Notes under the pieces: generated by a model | What the model saw: the letters and a program-made list of their open reading frames with translations, nothing else | Database searches by the model: none | Told to the model about the DNA's origin: nothing | Shown: positions 25,079 through 37,109 of the stretch, piece by piece | Layout: every line of letters starts with the position of its first letter | Position numbering within the stretch: the first letter of the stretch is position 1 | Assembly (NCBI GenBank): GCA_951406725.2 | Contig: OX597824.1 | Coordinates: forward strand, 14,818,001 to 14,882,000 | Source: Octopus vulgaris | Taxonomy: Eukaryota | Direction: 5' to 3' | Length of the DNA stretch: 64,000 nucleotides | Program-made: the position numbers and the translations under genes

Positions 25079-25590
25079 AAGCTGAAGTTGTCTGTGTATG
25101 GCAGGTTTGGTAGCCTTCAACTAACACTATCTCCTCCGAGACCCTGCGGCGCAAGTTGACCAAAATTGAGAAGAAATTTTTGAAAAGTAAAACTTTTGCA
25201 CTCTTTAAGTGAACATTTTTCTGGTTGAAATACACCGAAAAATGGCGACACAGCAGTCAAAAAATCGTAAAAAATAAGGATTTTCATAGAAAAAAAAGCA
25301 CCTTTTTGATGTAAATAATTTTTAGTGTTAGCATGGTCCGATTTTAATTTTTTCTTCTATGGAAGGAAGAGCAAGCCTTCTTCTATCATACTCTTAATTT
25401 TGGTCAACTTGTGCCACAGGGTCTCGGAGGAGATAGTGTTAGTTGAAGGCTACCAAACCTGCCATACACAGACAACTTCAGCTTTATATATATAGAGAGA
25501 TAACATTACTTGGCTCAGTGAAACATCCATGATGTGATGGTGTTTGGAACATAAATTAACATGAAATCTCAAGGAAAGGCTATAAAATCC

Positions 25591-26003
25591 GGATCTTTTC
25601 GGTTTGAACGGCAGTTTTTAAAAATAATTTCCACGTAACTTAACACTTTTAAACTTCGTATACTGGTAGAATGAGTTTATAAAACATCCTTTTCTCTTGA
25701 CTGTATTGAGAAAATTCTATAGTTTGTCAGATATTTGTAGTTTTTTCTTCTTCAATTTCTGCAATTTCAACCAATCAATGACGTCTATTGAGGTGAAAAC
25801 ATTCAGTGCCATATGAATATGTCTCTCGTTTAAGAAACAGATTGGGTTTATTTACATTTGTGAAGAAAAAAAGATACCCTTCTCCCTAACCCTAACCCTA
25901 AAATAGATTGAAATGCAATAGATCGATACTAGGGTCATAATTATGGGTGACAATTTCCTATGACACCGCTAGAAAAAACTGCCGTTCAAACCAAAAAGAT
26001 CCC
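25591..26003. mobile_element. MITE with ~28-bp TIRs and internal CCCTAA repeats
   Basis: GGATCTTTTCGGTTTGAACGGCAGTTTT ... AAAACTGCCGTTCAAACCAAAAAGATCC. Confidence 0.8.
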
Positions 26004-26177
26004 AAAATTAGAACACTTTAAAAAAGGAAGTTTTGTATCATACAACCAGAGCGATTTCAAGCTGGTTGGTATCAAAAGGGTTTAAAGGAAGCCGTTTTCT
26101 ATGCTATGCATGCACACAGACGTAAACACGCACATAAAACACTCAAAATTAAAAGATACTCATATTTTCAATATAAG

Positions 26178-26338
26178 GCACAGGAGTGGCTGAGTGGTAA
26201 GTAGCTTGCTTACAAACCACATGGTTCCGGGCTCAGTCCCACTGCGTGGCACCTTGGGCAAGTGTCTTCTACTATATCCTCGAGTCGACCAAAGCCTTGT
26301 GAGTGGATTTGGTATATAGAAACTGAAAGAAGCCTAAC

Positions 26339-26372
<34 letters not shown>

Positions 26373-26517
26373 TCTTTTGCTTGTTTCCTTTGTAAGCCTA
26401 GTACTTATTCTATTGGTCTCTTTTGCCGAACCGCTAAGTTACGAGGATGTAAACACACCAGCATCGGTTGCCAAGCGATATTGGGGGGACAAACACAGAC
26501 ACACAAACATATATGTA

Positions 26518-26557
<40 letters not shown>

Positions 26558-26718
26558 CATATATAAGAGAGGGTTTTTTTTCAGTTTCCGTCTACCAAAT
26601 CCACTCACAAGGTTTTGGTCAGCCCGAGGCTATAGTAGAAGTCACTTGCCCAAGGTGCTACACAGTGGGACTGAACCCGGAACCATGTGGTTCGTAAGCA
26701 AGCTACTTACCACATAGC
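26178..26718. mobile_element. Inverted pair of SINE family A copies (+ head 26178-26345; - copy 26389-26718)
   Basis: The head sequence appears in both orientations about 240 bp apart. Confidence 0.88.
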
Positions 26719-26762
26719 TACAAGTTTTTTGTCATTCTCTCTCTATTCATTTCCTTTTATTC

Positions 26763-26798
26763 CTTTCTGTCGAAGAGCTAAGGCTCGAAACGTCAAAG
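26763..26798 (+). ncRNA. Hammerhead-like motif with variant core CUGUCGA
   Basis: CUUU-CUGUCGA-A-GAGC(UAAG)GCUC-GAAA-CG-UC-AAAG. Confidence 0.55.
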
Positions 26799-28540
26799 AC
26801 TTTTCCATTTTTCCCGAGCATCAAACTAATACACCTGATTGTTTTTCATACACCTGTCTTCATCTTTTGTTTTTATATAAATTTCAACTATATATATATA
26901 TATATACATGGACACATACAACATATCAAATTCACCTAAACAGCATTGGTCAGCCCAGAGTCACTGTAGAAAACACTTGCCCAAAGTACCATGTACTGGG
27001 ATTGAACCCATGACCACATAGTTGCAAAGTGAGCTGCTCTCAACCACACAGCTTTAATTACAAAATCTTTATAAAATATAATCATTTACTTAATAGAAAC
27101 AAAACAAAACAAAACAAATATAAATGAAGCCCTTAAACAAATTCTCTATAATGAAGAGAAATGGCAAAAAGAAACAAATTATTTTATTATTAGAACCGTG
27201 GTTAATTCCATGAGAAGACTAACATATGCCTTTGAGTTTATATGGCTGCTGTTTAGTCAAATAAAACCCCACCACTGCTAGCCTTGCTATTCACCCACTA
27301 AAAGCAGGAAAAAGAATCACAGCAGTTGTCAATAATAGAAAAATAATGACTGTGGCAAGAAGAAAGAAAGCAGTCGAATCTGTAAGTTTTCATTTCCGTA
27401 ACTGACATTTCTGGTTTCCTTAATAGTTCTCATTACAAGCAGTAACAGATGGAGCCACACATTTCTAGGATAGCAGCTACAGTTAGCTAAGCTACTACAG
27501 TTCTTAGATCAGTAATAAATGGTGGAATTTTCTCAAGAGAATTCTTTTCACTCGTGTCAACTGAACAAGAGTCTTGTTATAAGACAAGACAACGCTCCAT
27601 AAATAATCATTTTGATGTCCATTTTTCTGTGTCTGTATGAACTGAATGGAGCTGAATGAAGCAGATTTTCTACAGCTGGATGCTCTTTCTGTTGCCAACA
27701 TTCGTTTTCAAGCCTCATAATATTTTCCAATGGCCAGACATAGCTCTATGATACAAACTTCCTGGTTAAAAGTGATCTAAATTAAAGCCCTCTATGAAAA
27801 TTACATATGTTGCAAACAACTGTTTAATAATCCTTTCTACTGAAGGCACAAGGCCTTGAAATTTTTTTTTTTGTGGGGAGGGGTAGTCGATTACACTAAC
27901 TCCAGTGTTTCACTGGTATCTAATTTATTGAACCCGAAAGGATGAAAGGTAAAGTCGACCTCGGCGGAATTTGAACTCAGAACATGGCGGCAGACGAAAT
28001 ACCGCTAAGCATTTCACCTGGCGTGCTAACGATTCTGCCAGCTTGCCACCTTACACCTGTTTAATAACGACAAAGTTATTTTAACAAATTCTTCATTATT
28101 ATATTTTTCAATTAATAAAACAAAAGCAACAGATTTTAACATAGACATGGTAATGAAAGGGTTTACTCTTTACTTATTTCAGCCATTTGACTGCGGCCAT
28201 GCTGGAGCACCGCCTTTTAGTCAAGCAAATCAACCCCAGGACTTATTCTTTGTAAGCCTAGTACTTATTCTATCAATCTCTTTTGCCGAACCGCTAAGTT
28301 ACAGGGACATAAACACACCAGCATCGGTTGTCAAGCAATGTTGGGTGGACAAGCACAGACACAAACACACACACACACATATATATATATACATACATAT
28401 ACATATATACAATAGGCTTCTTTCAGTTTCACACACACACACGCATATATAGTTGAAATTTACAGAAAAACAAAATATGAAGATAGGTGTATGAACAACA
28501 AACAGGTGTATTAGTTTGACACTCGGGAAAGTGAGAAAGT

Positions 28541-28576
28541 GTTTTACATTTCGAACCTAAGCTCTTCAACAGAAAG
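28541..28576 (-). ncRNA. Degenerate hammerhead-like motif, CUGUUGA family
   Basis: CUUU-CUGUUGA-A-GAGC(UUAG)GUUC-GAAA-UG-UA-AAAC. Confidence 0.45.
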
Positions 28577-28775
28577 GAATAAGAGAAAATAAACAGGGAG
28601 AGAATAAAAAAAACTTGTGGATTTAGCGATCAAGCATGGCTACTGTATGTATACATATGTATACACACACACACACACACAGATATATATATATATAAAT
28701 ATATATATATGTTGATTCGCTAGCCTCTGCACGCATTTTTTTTCTCTCCTTCTCTCCTTGTTTCTTTTCTGTGTA

Positions 28776-28813
28776 TCTTTCTGTTGAAGAGCGTAGGCTC
28801 GAAACGTTAAAGA
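28776..28813 (+). ncRNA. Hammerhead-like motif with variant core CUGUUGA
   Basis: UCUUU-CUGUUGA-A-GAGC(GUAG)GCUC-GAAA-CG-UU-AAAGA. Confidence 0.55.
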
Positions 28814-28942
28814 CTTGTTTTATTTATATTTCCTGAGCGCCATACTAATACAATTGTTTGTTTGTATTCCACCTGCCTTCATCTTTTGTTTATTTCCGTA
28901 AACCTGCCTTCGTCTTTTGTCTATTTTCATAAAGCTTCCTGT

Positions 28943-29000
<58 letters not shown>

Positions 29001-29374
29001 TACATACATACATACATACAATGAGCTTTCATACAGTTTCCATCTACCAGATTCATTCACAAAGCATTACATATATATATATATATTTCAAAAATCATCT
29101 CCGGCTAATTGTTGAGAGGACGTCAGTGTTGCTTTGGCAGAGGTTTGTGCTTTGAGTGCTTTTGTTCTTTTCGTTATATGATCTTAAAATAATGAAGTTT
29201 CAAAATTAGGCTTTTAAATTTCCTCTTTGTTGATTGTTTTAGTACAGTAGAAGTCAACATCATCATCATCATCATATTAAAATTACTGAACAAAAGCAGG
29301 ACGAGATAAAAGATATAAAAAAAAAAAGGAGAACAGAAAAAAAATGAAAGTAATAAAAAAAAAAAAAAATTTAC

Positions 29375-30400
29375 CTGTTCAAGTTTGGTAAACAAACTAT
29401 CTGTTACATTTATAGTACCATGGAGGGTAGGGGAAAAACCTGCTGCCAATAACAATCTCCAAGAAAGAAATTCCTCACTGTCAATTTCAACAATTTCAGG
29501 GTTTTCTAAAATGTATTTTGAAAGATTTACAGACACAAGTTCTGTCATTTCTTCGGAAGTAATCCATGCTCCGTATGACAATAATATTTTTATCTTTTCC
29601 AAAGCATTGTGCGCAAATGCAAATATTAAGGGCTTCTGCTTCTTCCAGCTGCTACCCCGATTCACATTTGCTCCATATTGTAGCAACAGCTCAACAACTT
29701 TAGGGTCCACCGATTCAATCATGCATGCACACCCTAATGCAGTACAGCCATTTTCATCGATCAGATTCGGGGACATTCCAGATTCCAGTAAATCCTTAAC
29801 GATGTCATAATTAGAAAACTGAACAGCACTGGGCAAACAAGTTGCTTCCTTTGATTGTTGACCATCAGCTTCCAGAAGCAACTTAGCTATATGGATGGGT
29901 GGGGGCATATAAATAGTCTTTTGTTCATCACCAGCAAAGATCGAATGAGCATGGCAACAAAACCAGTTATTTGCATTCCGAGAAGTTACTTTCATTGGTG
30001 TATTCAATAGATATGATGAGGTATTTATTGTACAGCCAGACTTCAAGAGCAGTTTCACTAGCTCAATGTTGTTGTTCTTACAAGCGATACAGATTGGAGT
30101 GCTGCCTTCGTTATCAACCGAATCGATGTTTGCACCATTGGAGATAAGCAAGTCTGTAATTTTTAGAGACAAACTGTTTTCAGGTTGTGTATCACATATC
30201 AAATGAAGCGGTGTCTTGCCATCTTGACAAGCCAAGTTAACATCAACGTTTGATTGTATTAATTTCATAATACTATTTACATCCAAATCGATACAAGCCT
30301 TGCACAATGGAGGCCAGTTGCTTTCCATGCTATGATGCTCACTCAGATGGAACCTGTACAGTTCCATGTCCATGAAATTATCCACAGTAATGTATTCCAT
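29375..30400 (-). CDS. Ankyrin repeat and SOCS box protein (ASB-like), main coding exon
   Basis: Ankyrin motifs (GKTPLHLIC, GSTPICIAC, GCTALGCAC, LLQYGANVN); in-frame TAA two codons before ATG 30400; CAG|GTAAAT donor at 29375; exon acceptor before 30516. Confidence 0.92.
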
Positions 30401-30639
30401 CTTTTAGTTCCGAAAGCTTTACTGCTGTAGAAACTGGTACTTCTTCTTTATAGTCCAGAATTTACTAAATGCAGAGAAGCAGACACCATAATATAAGTGA
30501 TGTCAGTCAAAGGTTTCTGTAAAAGAAAGAAATATCATCATCACTATCATCATCATCATATTTGTAAGAAGAAATATATGTAAATTTATGAAATATATGC
30601 AAGAAGAAATATATGAAATTTTACAGAGGCAATGACGAA

Positions 30640-31198
30640 AGACTGAGATGTCTGGAGATATGCTGTGATTGCAAAGACCCGACAAATAACGTGAGTTCAA
30701 GGCTGTTTCCTACACCAGTTTCGCATAGCAGCCCCAGCCCATGCAAAGCACCTTGGATTGCAGAACAACCTGCTGTGCTTACCTTGGATTGTAGGGCAAC
30801 TTGCTGTGCTTGAAGAGACCTATTGAGTCAAGTACATCAACATCAAAATAAATATCAAATGGAAATTGTAGTTGTGATGCTTGTGCCGGTGGCACGTAAA
30901 AAGCACCATCCGAACGTGGCCAATGCCAGCGCTGCATTGACGGGCTTCCATGCCGGTGGCATGTAAAAAGCACCAACTGATCGTGGCCGCTGTCAGCTTC
31001 CCCTGGCAACTGTGCCAGTGGCACGTAAAAAGCACCCACTACACTCATGGAGTGATTGGCATTACGGAGGGCATCCAGCTGTAGAAACACTGCCAGATCA
31101 GACTGGAGCCTGGTGCAGCCTTCTGGCTTCCCAGACACCGGTCAAACCGTCCAACCCACGCTGGCACGGAAAGCAGACATTAAATGATGATGATGATA
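30640..31198 (+). mobile_element. RTE-type LINE 3' region with (GAT)n tail
   Basis: Shared GGAAGGGCATCCAGCTGTAGAAAC..GACGTTAAACGATGATGAT end. Other copies at ~4440(-), 7500, 17497(-), 33525(-), 37820(-), 49470-50095, 60848-61243. Confidence 0.8.
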
Positions 31199-31659
31199 TG
31201 TAAATATGTCCTATATGTAAATATATTCACAATATATTTGTATACTGTATGAATAATGTTATTACTAGAAAATGTAAAGACAGACAAAATACTGCTAAGC
31301 ATTTTGCCCGGTGTGCTAATGGTTCTGCCAGTTTGCCGCCTTAGATGCTACAAGTATTAATGAAGATGACTTTGTATTAATGTTTAAAGTGATCTGAGGA
31401 TTGTTATGAAAAGGAACAAAAAAAAAAATGCCAAAACATCTTGTGAAAGAATGAGGTCTTAGAATCCACTGACTACATCAAGTGAACCACGTAGAAGATG
31501 GTTGTGTTGTAAATTATCCATAAAATAACTGTTAAGACGTGGGGGCGGATGTAAGTAGCATTGATGATGATGATGAGGAGGAGGAGGAGGCGGAGGAAGA
31601 AATGATGAGACTATTTGTACAACAATATGTAATTAAGGGAACATGCATACATATGAACA

Positions 31660-32622
31660 CACACACATATACAAACTCATATGCACACACACACACACAA
31701 ACTCATATGCACACACGCAAACTCATATGCACACACACACACACAAACTCATATGCACACACACACAAACTCATATGCATACACACACACACACACACAA
31801 AAACTCATATGCACACACACATACAAACACACAAAAACTCATATGCACACACACACACAAACTCATATACACACACACATACAAACACACAAAAACTCAT
31901 ATGCACACACACACACAAACTCATATACACACACACACAAACTCATATGCGCACACACACACAAACTCATATGCACACACACACACAAACTCATATGCAC
32001 ACACACACAAACTCATATGCACACACACACAAACTCATATGCACACACACACGCACAAACTCATATGCACACACACACAAACTCATATGCACACACACAA
32101 ACTCATATGCACACACACAAACTCATATGCACACACACACACAAACTCATATGCACACACACACGCACAAACTCATATGCACACACACACAAACTCATAT
32201 ACACACACACACAAACTCATATGCACACACACAAACTCATATGCACACACACACGCACAAACTCATATACACACACACACAAACTCATATGCACACACAC
32301 AAACTCATATGCACACACACACGCACAAACTCATATGCACACACACACACACAAACTCATATGCACACACACACACACAAACTCATATGCACACACACAC
32401 GCACAAACTCATATGCACACACAAACTCATATGCACACACACAAACTCATACACACACACACGCACAAACTCATATGCACACACACACACAAACTCATAT
32501 ACACACACACACGCACAAACTCATATGCACACACACAAACTCATATGCACACACACACAAACTCATATGCACACACACACACACACAAACTCATATGCAC
32601 ACACACACACACAAACTCATAT

Positions 32623-32657
<35 letters not shown>

Positions 32658-32714
32658 CATATGCGCACACACACACACACACACACATATGCACACACAC
32701 ACACACACACACAC
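31660..32714. repeat. Compound minisatellite: AAACTCATAT(G/A) core plus variable (CA)n, ~40 units
   Basis: Read directly from the sequence. Confidence 0.95.
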
Positions 32715-34747
32715 AACCAAAGAATGAATGTTATTCTCCATTTATCTCTTGGAATGTTCTAGGCATTTCCAGAAAGTTTTTGGTACCTGACACAGTTTGT
32801 TTTATCCCACACCTCTCAGTATCCATATTTTAGAATTCTTGCATTATTTTCCCTAACACCTCCCAGAGCCTCTATAGGAAACGGTCCTGTTCTTAACCTC
32901 ATATCTCTCTGTACCTCTATTAGAATACTTCTCTCTTTAACTCTACGGTTCTCGAGTATTTATACTAGAATATTCGTTAGCTTTTACCCTACACCTCTGT
33001 TAGTAGGACATTCTAAAATTAGTATCAGGTACCCAAAAATTTGTAAATAAGGAAACACCAGGTGGATATTCGTTAAAAAGGAGCATCATATATATTTAGC
33101 TGACAGGTATATATACAAGTTTTAACAGTATCAGTAGCCAAACAATTTAATTAGTAGCAGGCATCATACTAAACCAGTAACATAAATATAACATGTCTCA
33201 GTGTGTATATGTATGTGCACACACGCATGCTATAAGGATTATATCAAAACAACTAGACTATAGTCTGACGTATATATTTATCACACATATTATTAATCAT
33301 CATCGTTTAACGTCTGCTTTCCATGCTAGCATGGGTTAGACGATTTGACTGAGGTCTGGCGAACCAGATGGCTGCACCAGGCACCAATGCTGGAATAAAG
33401 AGTTCATGTTCTGTCATTTCAGTCAGAGAACAAGTTCACATGTGGTCCCTGGTCACATGAATATACACCCTGGGACAGTATGGTGTATATATGTTTGTAT
33501 GTATATATACCTCATACCTCCTCATCGTTTAACGTCCGCTTTCCATGCTAGCATGGGTTGGACGATTTGACTGAGGTCTGGTGAACCAGATGGCTGCACC
33601 AGACTCCAATCTGATCTGGCAGAGTTTCTACAGCTGGATGCCCTTCCTAACGCACCAACCACTCCGAGAGTGTAGTGGGTGCTTGTGCATCCCACCAGCA
33701 TGAGGGCCAGTCAGGCGGTACTGGCAATAGCCACGCTCAAATGATGCTTTTTATGTCACCTGCACGAATAAGTAACATAAGTTTTTGACTCTTACCTCCT
33801 TCTCTTACTCTTCTCCAAATGATAGTACCTTGCATTTCTTCCAACTATGTAACTTTATGAGTGACTTACTAATTTTACTAATAATCAAAAAATATGAGAT
33901 GGTCGTGGCTGGAACATCTTTAATCACAGCTCTGCACAATCAGGGCTGACCTGGGACTCAACAACAACAACAACTAGAATTCCTACACTGATTTTAAAAG
34001 ACATTATGCTGTTGCAATGATTCCATGTTTTTCAACCAGAGTAGCAACAATGACAGTGCAAAACAGTGTTGTTTTGTTATTTGATTTACAATAATACTAA
34101 ATCATGACAAGACCAGGACAGTGATTAAAATAAGATAAACCAGGAGTAACACAAATTAAAATAGATGGCTTAAGCGTTTTGTTACCAACACGGCTGAAAC
34201 CCGCTCTGAGTTTCATAAGTTCTGAATTAAAATCTTCCATCAAACCTTAGTCACTAGCTTAATGATAACTAAGTTAATTTACTAAATTCTTTATTATATT
34301 TTAAATCAATTGAAAGAAACACAGAGCATCTCAACAGAAATATGGTAACAAAAGGGTTAAAGACACCATGACATTTTTAACCAACCCTTCTGATATCAAC
34401 CCGCCTTAAACTGGCTCTGGCTCTGTAGTGCAAGTGTCTTGTTTTCATAAGTTCTGAATTAAAATCTTCCGTCAAACCTTAGTCACAATTTATGTTCCTA
34501 ACACTAGCTTAATGATAACTAAGTTATTTGATTAAATTCTTTGATATATTCAAAATTAATTGAAAGAAACACAGAGCATCTCAACAGAAATATGGTAACA
34601 AAAGGATTAAAATATATAATAGAGAAACATTTCTTAACCTTTTTGATACCAACCCAGCTGAAACTGCCTCTGGCTCTATTGTACAAATGTCTTGCTTTCA
34701 AAATTCTGGTTAAAATTTTCCACCAAACTTTAGTCATTTATGTTGCT

Positions 34748-35137
34748 CTCTCTTTACCCTTTTACTTGTTTCAGTCATTTGACTGCGGCCATGCTGGAGC
34801 ACCACCTTTAGTCGAGCAAATCGACCCCAGGACTTATTCTTTGGAAGCCTAATGCTTCTATCGGTCTCTTTTGCCGAACCGCTAAGTGACGGGGACGTAA
34901 ACACACCAGCATCGGTTGTCAAGCAATGCTAGGGCGACAAACACACACACACATACATACATATATATAAATATGACGGGCTTCTTTCAGTTTCCGTCTA
35001 CCAAATCCACTCACAAGGCATTGGTCGGCCCGGGGCTATAGCAGAAGACACTTGCCCAAGGTGCCATGCAGTGGGACTGAACCCGGAACCATGTGGTTGG
35101 TAAGCAAGCTACTTACCACACAGCCACTCCAGCGTCT
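34748..35137 (-). mobile_element. SINE family A copy
   Basis: Full-length reverse complement. Confidence 0.9.
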
Positions 35138-35404
35138 ATTCATTCATTTATTTATTCCTTCTGTTCTCTGTTTTGACATCTGTTTTTCCCATGCCAGTAT
35201 GGATTAAATGAATATATTTCTGAGGTATTGTTTTACAGCAGGATGCCCCTTATGTCACTGATGCTTTTGTTTTTCAAGTAAGGGATCTCTTATTTTACAC
35301 ATCCTTGTAGATGATTTGTTGACAGAAGTAGCAACAACAACAGCAACAACACTAATTATAGTTCATGACTTTCACAGAGGGCAAATGTAACCAGGCACAC
35401 ATGA

Positions 35405-35435
<31 letters not shown>

Positions 35436-35495
35436 TGTGGGTGGAAGTGCATGGCTTTGTCGCTAGGGTGGTGGTGCAATTATGATCATAATATC

Positions 35496-35728
35496 TATTT
35501 CTTTTACTACCCACAAGGGGCTAAACACAGAGGAGACAGACAAGGACAGACAGACGGATTAAGTCGATTACATCGACCTCAGAGGGTAACTGGTACTTAT
35601 TTAATCGAACCCGAAAGGATGAAAGGCAAAGTCGACCTCGGCGGAATTTGAACTCAGAACGTAGCGGCAGACGAAATACAGCTACGCAATTCGCCCGGCG
35701 TGCTAACAATTCTGCCGACTCGCCGCCT
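35496..35728 (-). mobile_element. SINE family B copy
   Basis: TSD TCATAATATC on both sides. Confidence 0.88.
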
Positions 35729-36527
35729 TCATAATATCATAAGGTTAGTCCTAGGCATGTGGCTTAGTGGTTAGGGTGTTACACTCATAATCGTAAGATT
35801 GTGGTTTCGATTCTTGGACTGGGCGACCTGCTGTGTTCTTGAGCAAAACACTTCATTTCACGTTGCTCCACTCCACTCAATGGGCAAAAATGAGTAATCC
35901 TGAAATGGGCCAGTGTCCCATCCAGTGGGAAGGGAATATATATGCCACAGAACCTAGGAACTAACCATATGAGCCTATGGCTAGGAAAGGACCTTTAATC
36001 TTTTTTTCTTTTTCATACAAATATGTGTGTGTGGGTAGCGATTTTCTTCACTGCTTCAGGGAGTGACGACCCTGCCTAACTCGAGTCCCAGGCTCTGCTG
36101 GCTCTGGCTGACAGTACTCGGTATTGGCCCCTATCCAGGATTACGGAAAGGAGACAACCTTCAAAGAAATCCAGAGTGGAGCCCCATAGGTGGTTTAGTG
36201 TTCGACTCGACGCTCTTCCAGCAGCTCCTGCAACCAAGCTGGTGCCAAATGTAATGCTCTGCACCTCTTTGGACTACGTCAGCAAGGTCGAGAGAGGAAT
36301 CCTGATGATTGGGCTATCCAGGATTTTCTCACATCTAGCCCAGGCCTGCGCTAAACTGGAGAGGAAACGGAAGAGGACATGAATTGTAAAAACCAGACTG
36401 GATTAATTTATGTGCAACTCCATTGTCTCCCGAGACAAAAGGATGCCAACAACAACAACGTGTGTGTGCACTCATGTATGACAAGTTTCTTTCAGTTTCT
36501 GTCTACCAAATTCACTCAAAGGATTTA

Positions 36528-37109
36528 CCATATTTTAACATGTATAAGGAACCCTCGTGTATAAAGAACCTCCTAATTTTTGAGGCTTAAAATCTGGAAA
36601 AAAGGTTTTGTAAGCGATTATAATACTATCCATGTATAAGAAACACCCATATTTTTTAAACCTAATTTTTGATAAAAAAAAAAAAAAGGGGAGTTCCTTA
36701 TCTTTATATATAAAAGTAAGGTTGTGTGTCTGTCTCCTACGATTTAGATTCCAAACTACTCCCACATTTTGCAGTGCAGTTTAACCAAAACTTATAGTCG
36801 TGATTCATATCGAGCCTTTCTGGGTATTAGCACGCGTCTACAATGAGTCTACGATTTAAAAAAAAATTTACCATCATTTTTTTTCTATTTTAATGCATTT
36901 TTTGCGCTATTATATAAGGGAAGTAACTCTCTAAAAATGTCTACGATGAGTCAACGATTAAAAAAAAAATTTACCATCATTTTTTCCCCATTTTTAATGC
37001 ATTTTTTTGCTATTTTTTGGCTATAACTCTCTAAAAATGCTTATATAGTTATTTCCCTTACAAACCCAAGCAACGCCGGGCAATACTGCTAGTACATGTT
37101 AAAATACGG
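36528..37109. mobile_element. TcMar-type MITE (TA TSD) whose right TIR is split by the Helitron
   Basis: TA|CCATATTTTAACATGTATAAGGAAC ... GTTCCTTA[Helitron]TACATGTTAAAATACGG|TA. Confidence 0.8.
36701..37092 (+). mobile_element. Non-autonomous Helitron, same family as 18104, with internal duplication
   Basis: A|TC...CTAG|T; partial minus-strand copy at ~47785-47952. Confidence 0.87.

Noticed and set aside
29174-29374. C-terminal 66 aa of the 408-aa ORF
   Set aside because: Intron read-through past the GTAAAT donor; the real C-terminus is the SOCS-box exon.
29385-29810. 141-aa plus-strand ORF
   Set aside because: Antisense shadow of the ankyrin exon.
31539-32833. Three 350-400 aa His/Thr-rich ORFs; also a superficially CRISPR-like repeat/spacer pattern
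   Set aside because: All three frames are open only because the CA-rich repeat lacks stops. Spacers are (CA)n rather than unique sequence, the core is only ~11 bp, and there are no cas genes.
36040-36380. GC-richer segment with CAGCTCCTGCAACCAAGCTGGTGCCAAA, reminiscent of RTE 5' or Ceph-domain SINE sequence
   Set aside because: Single copy here and boundaries unclear; no ribozyme fold or family assignment can be supported without a database search.
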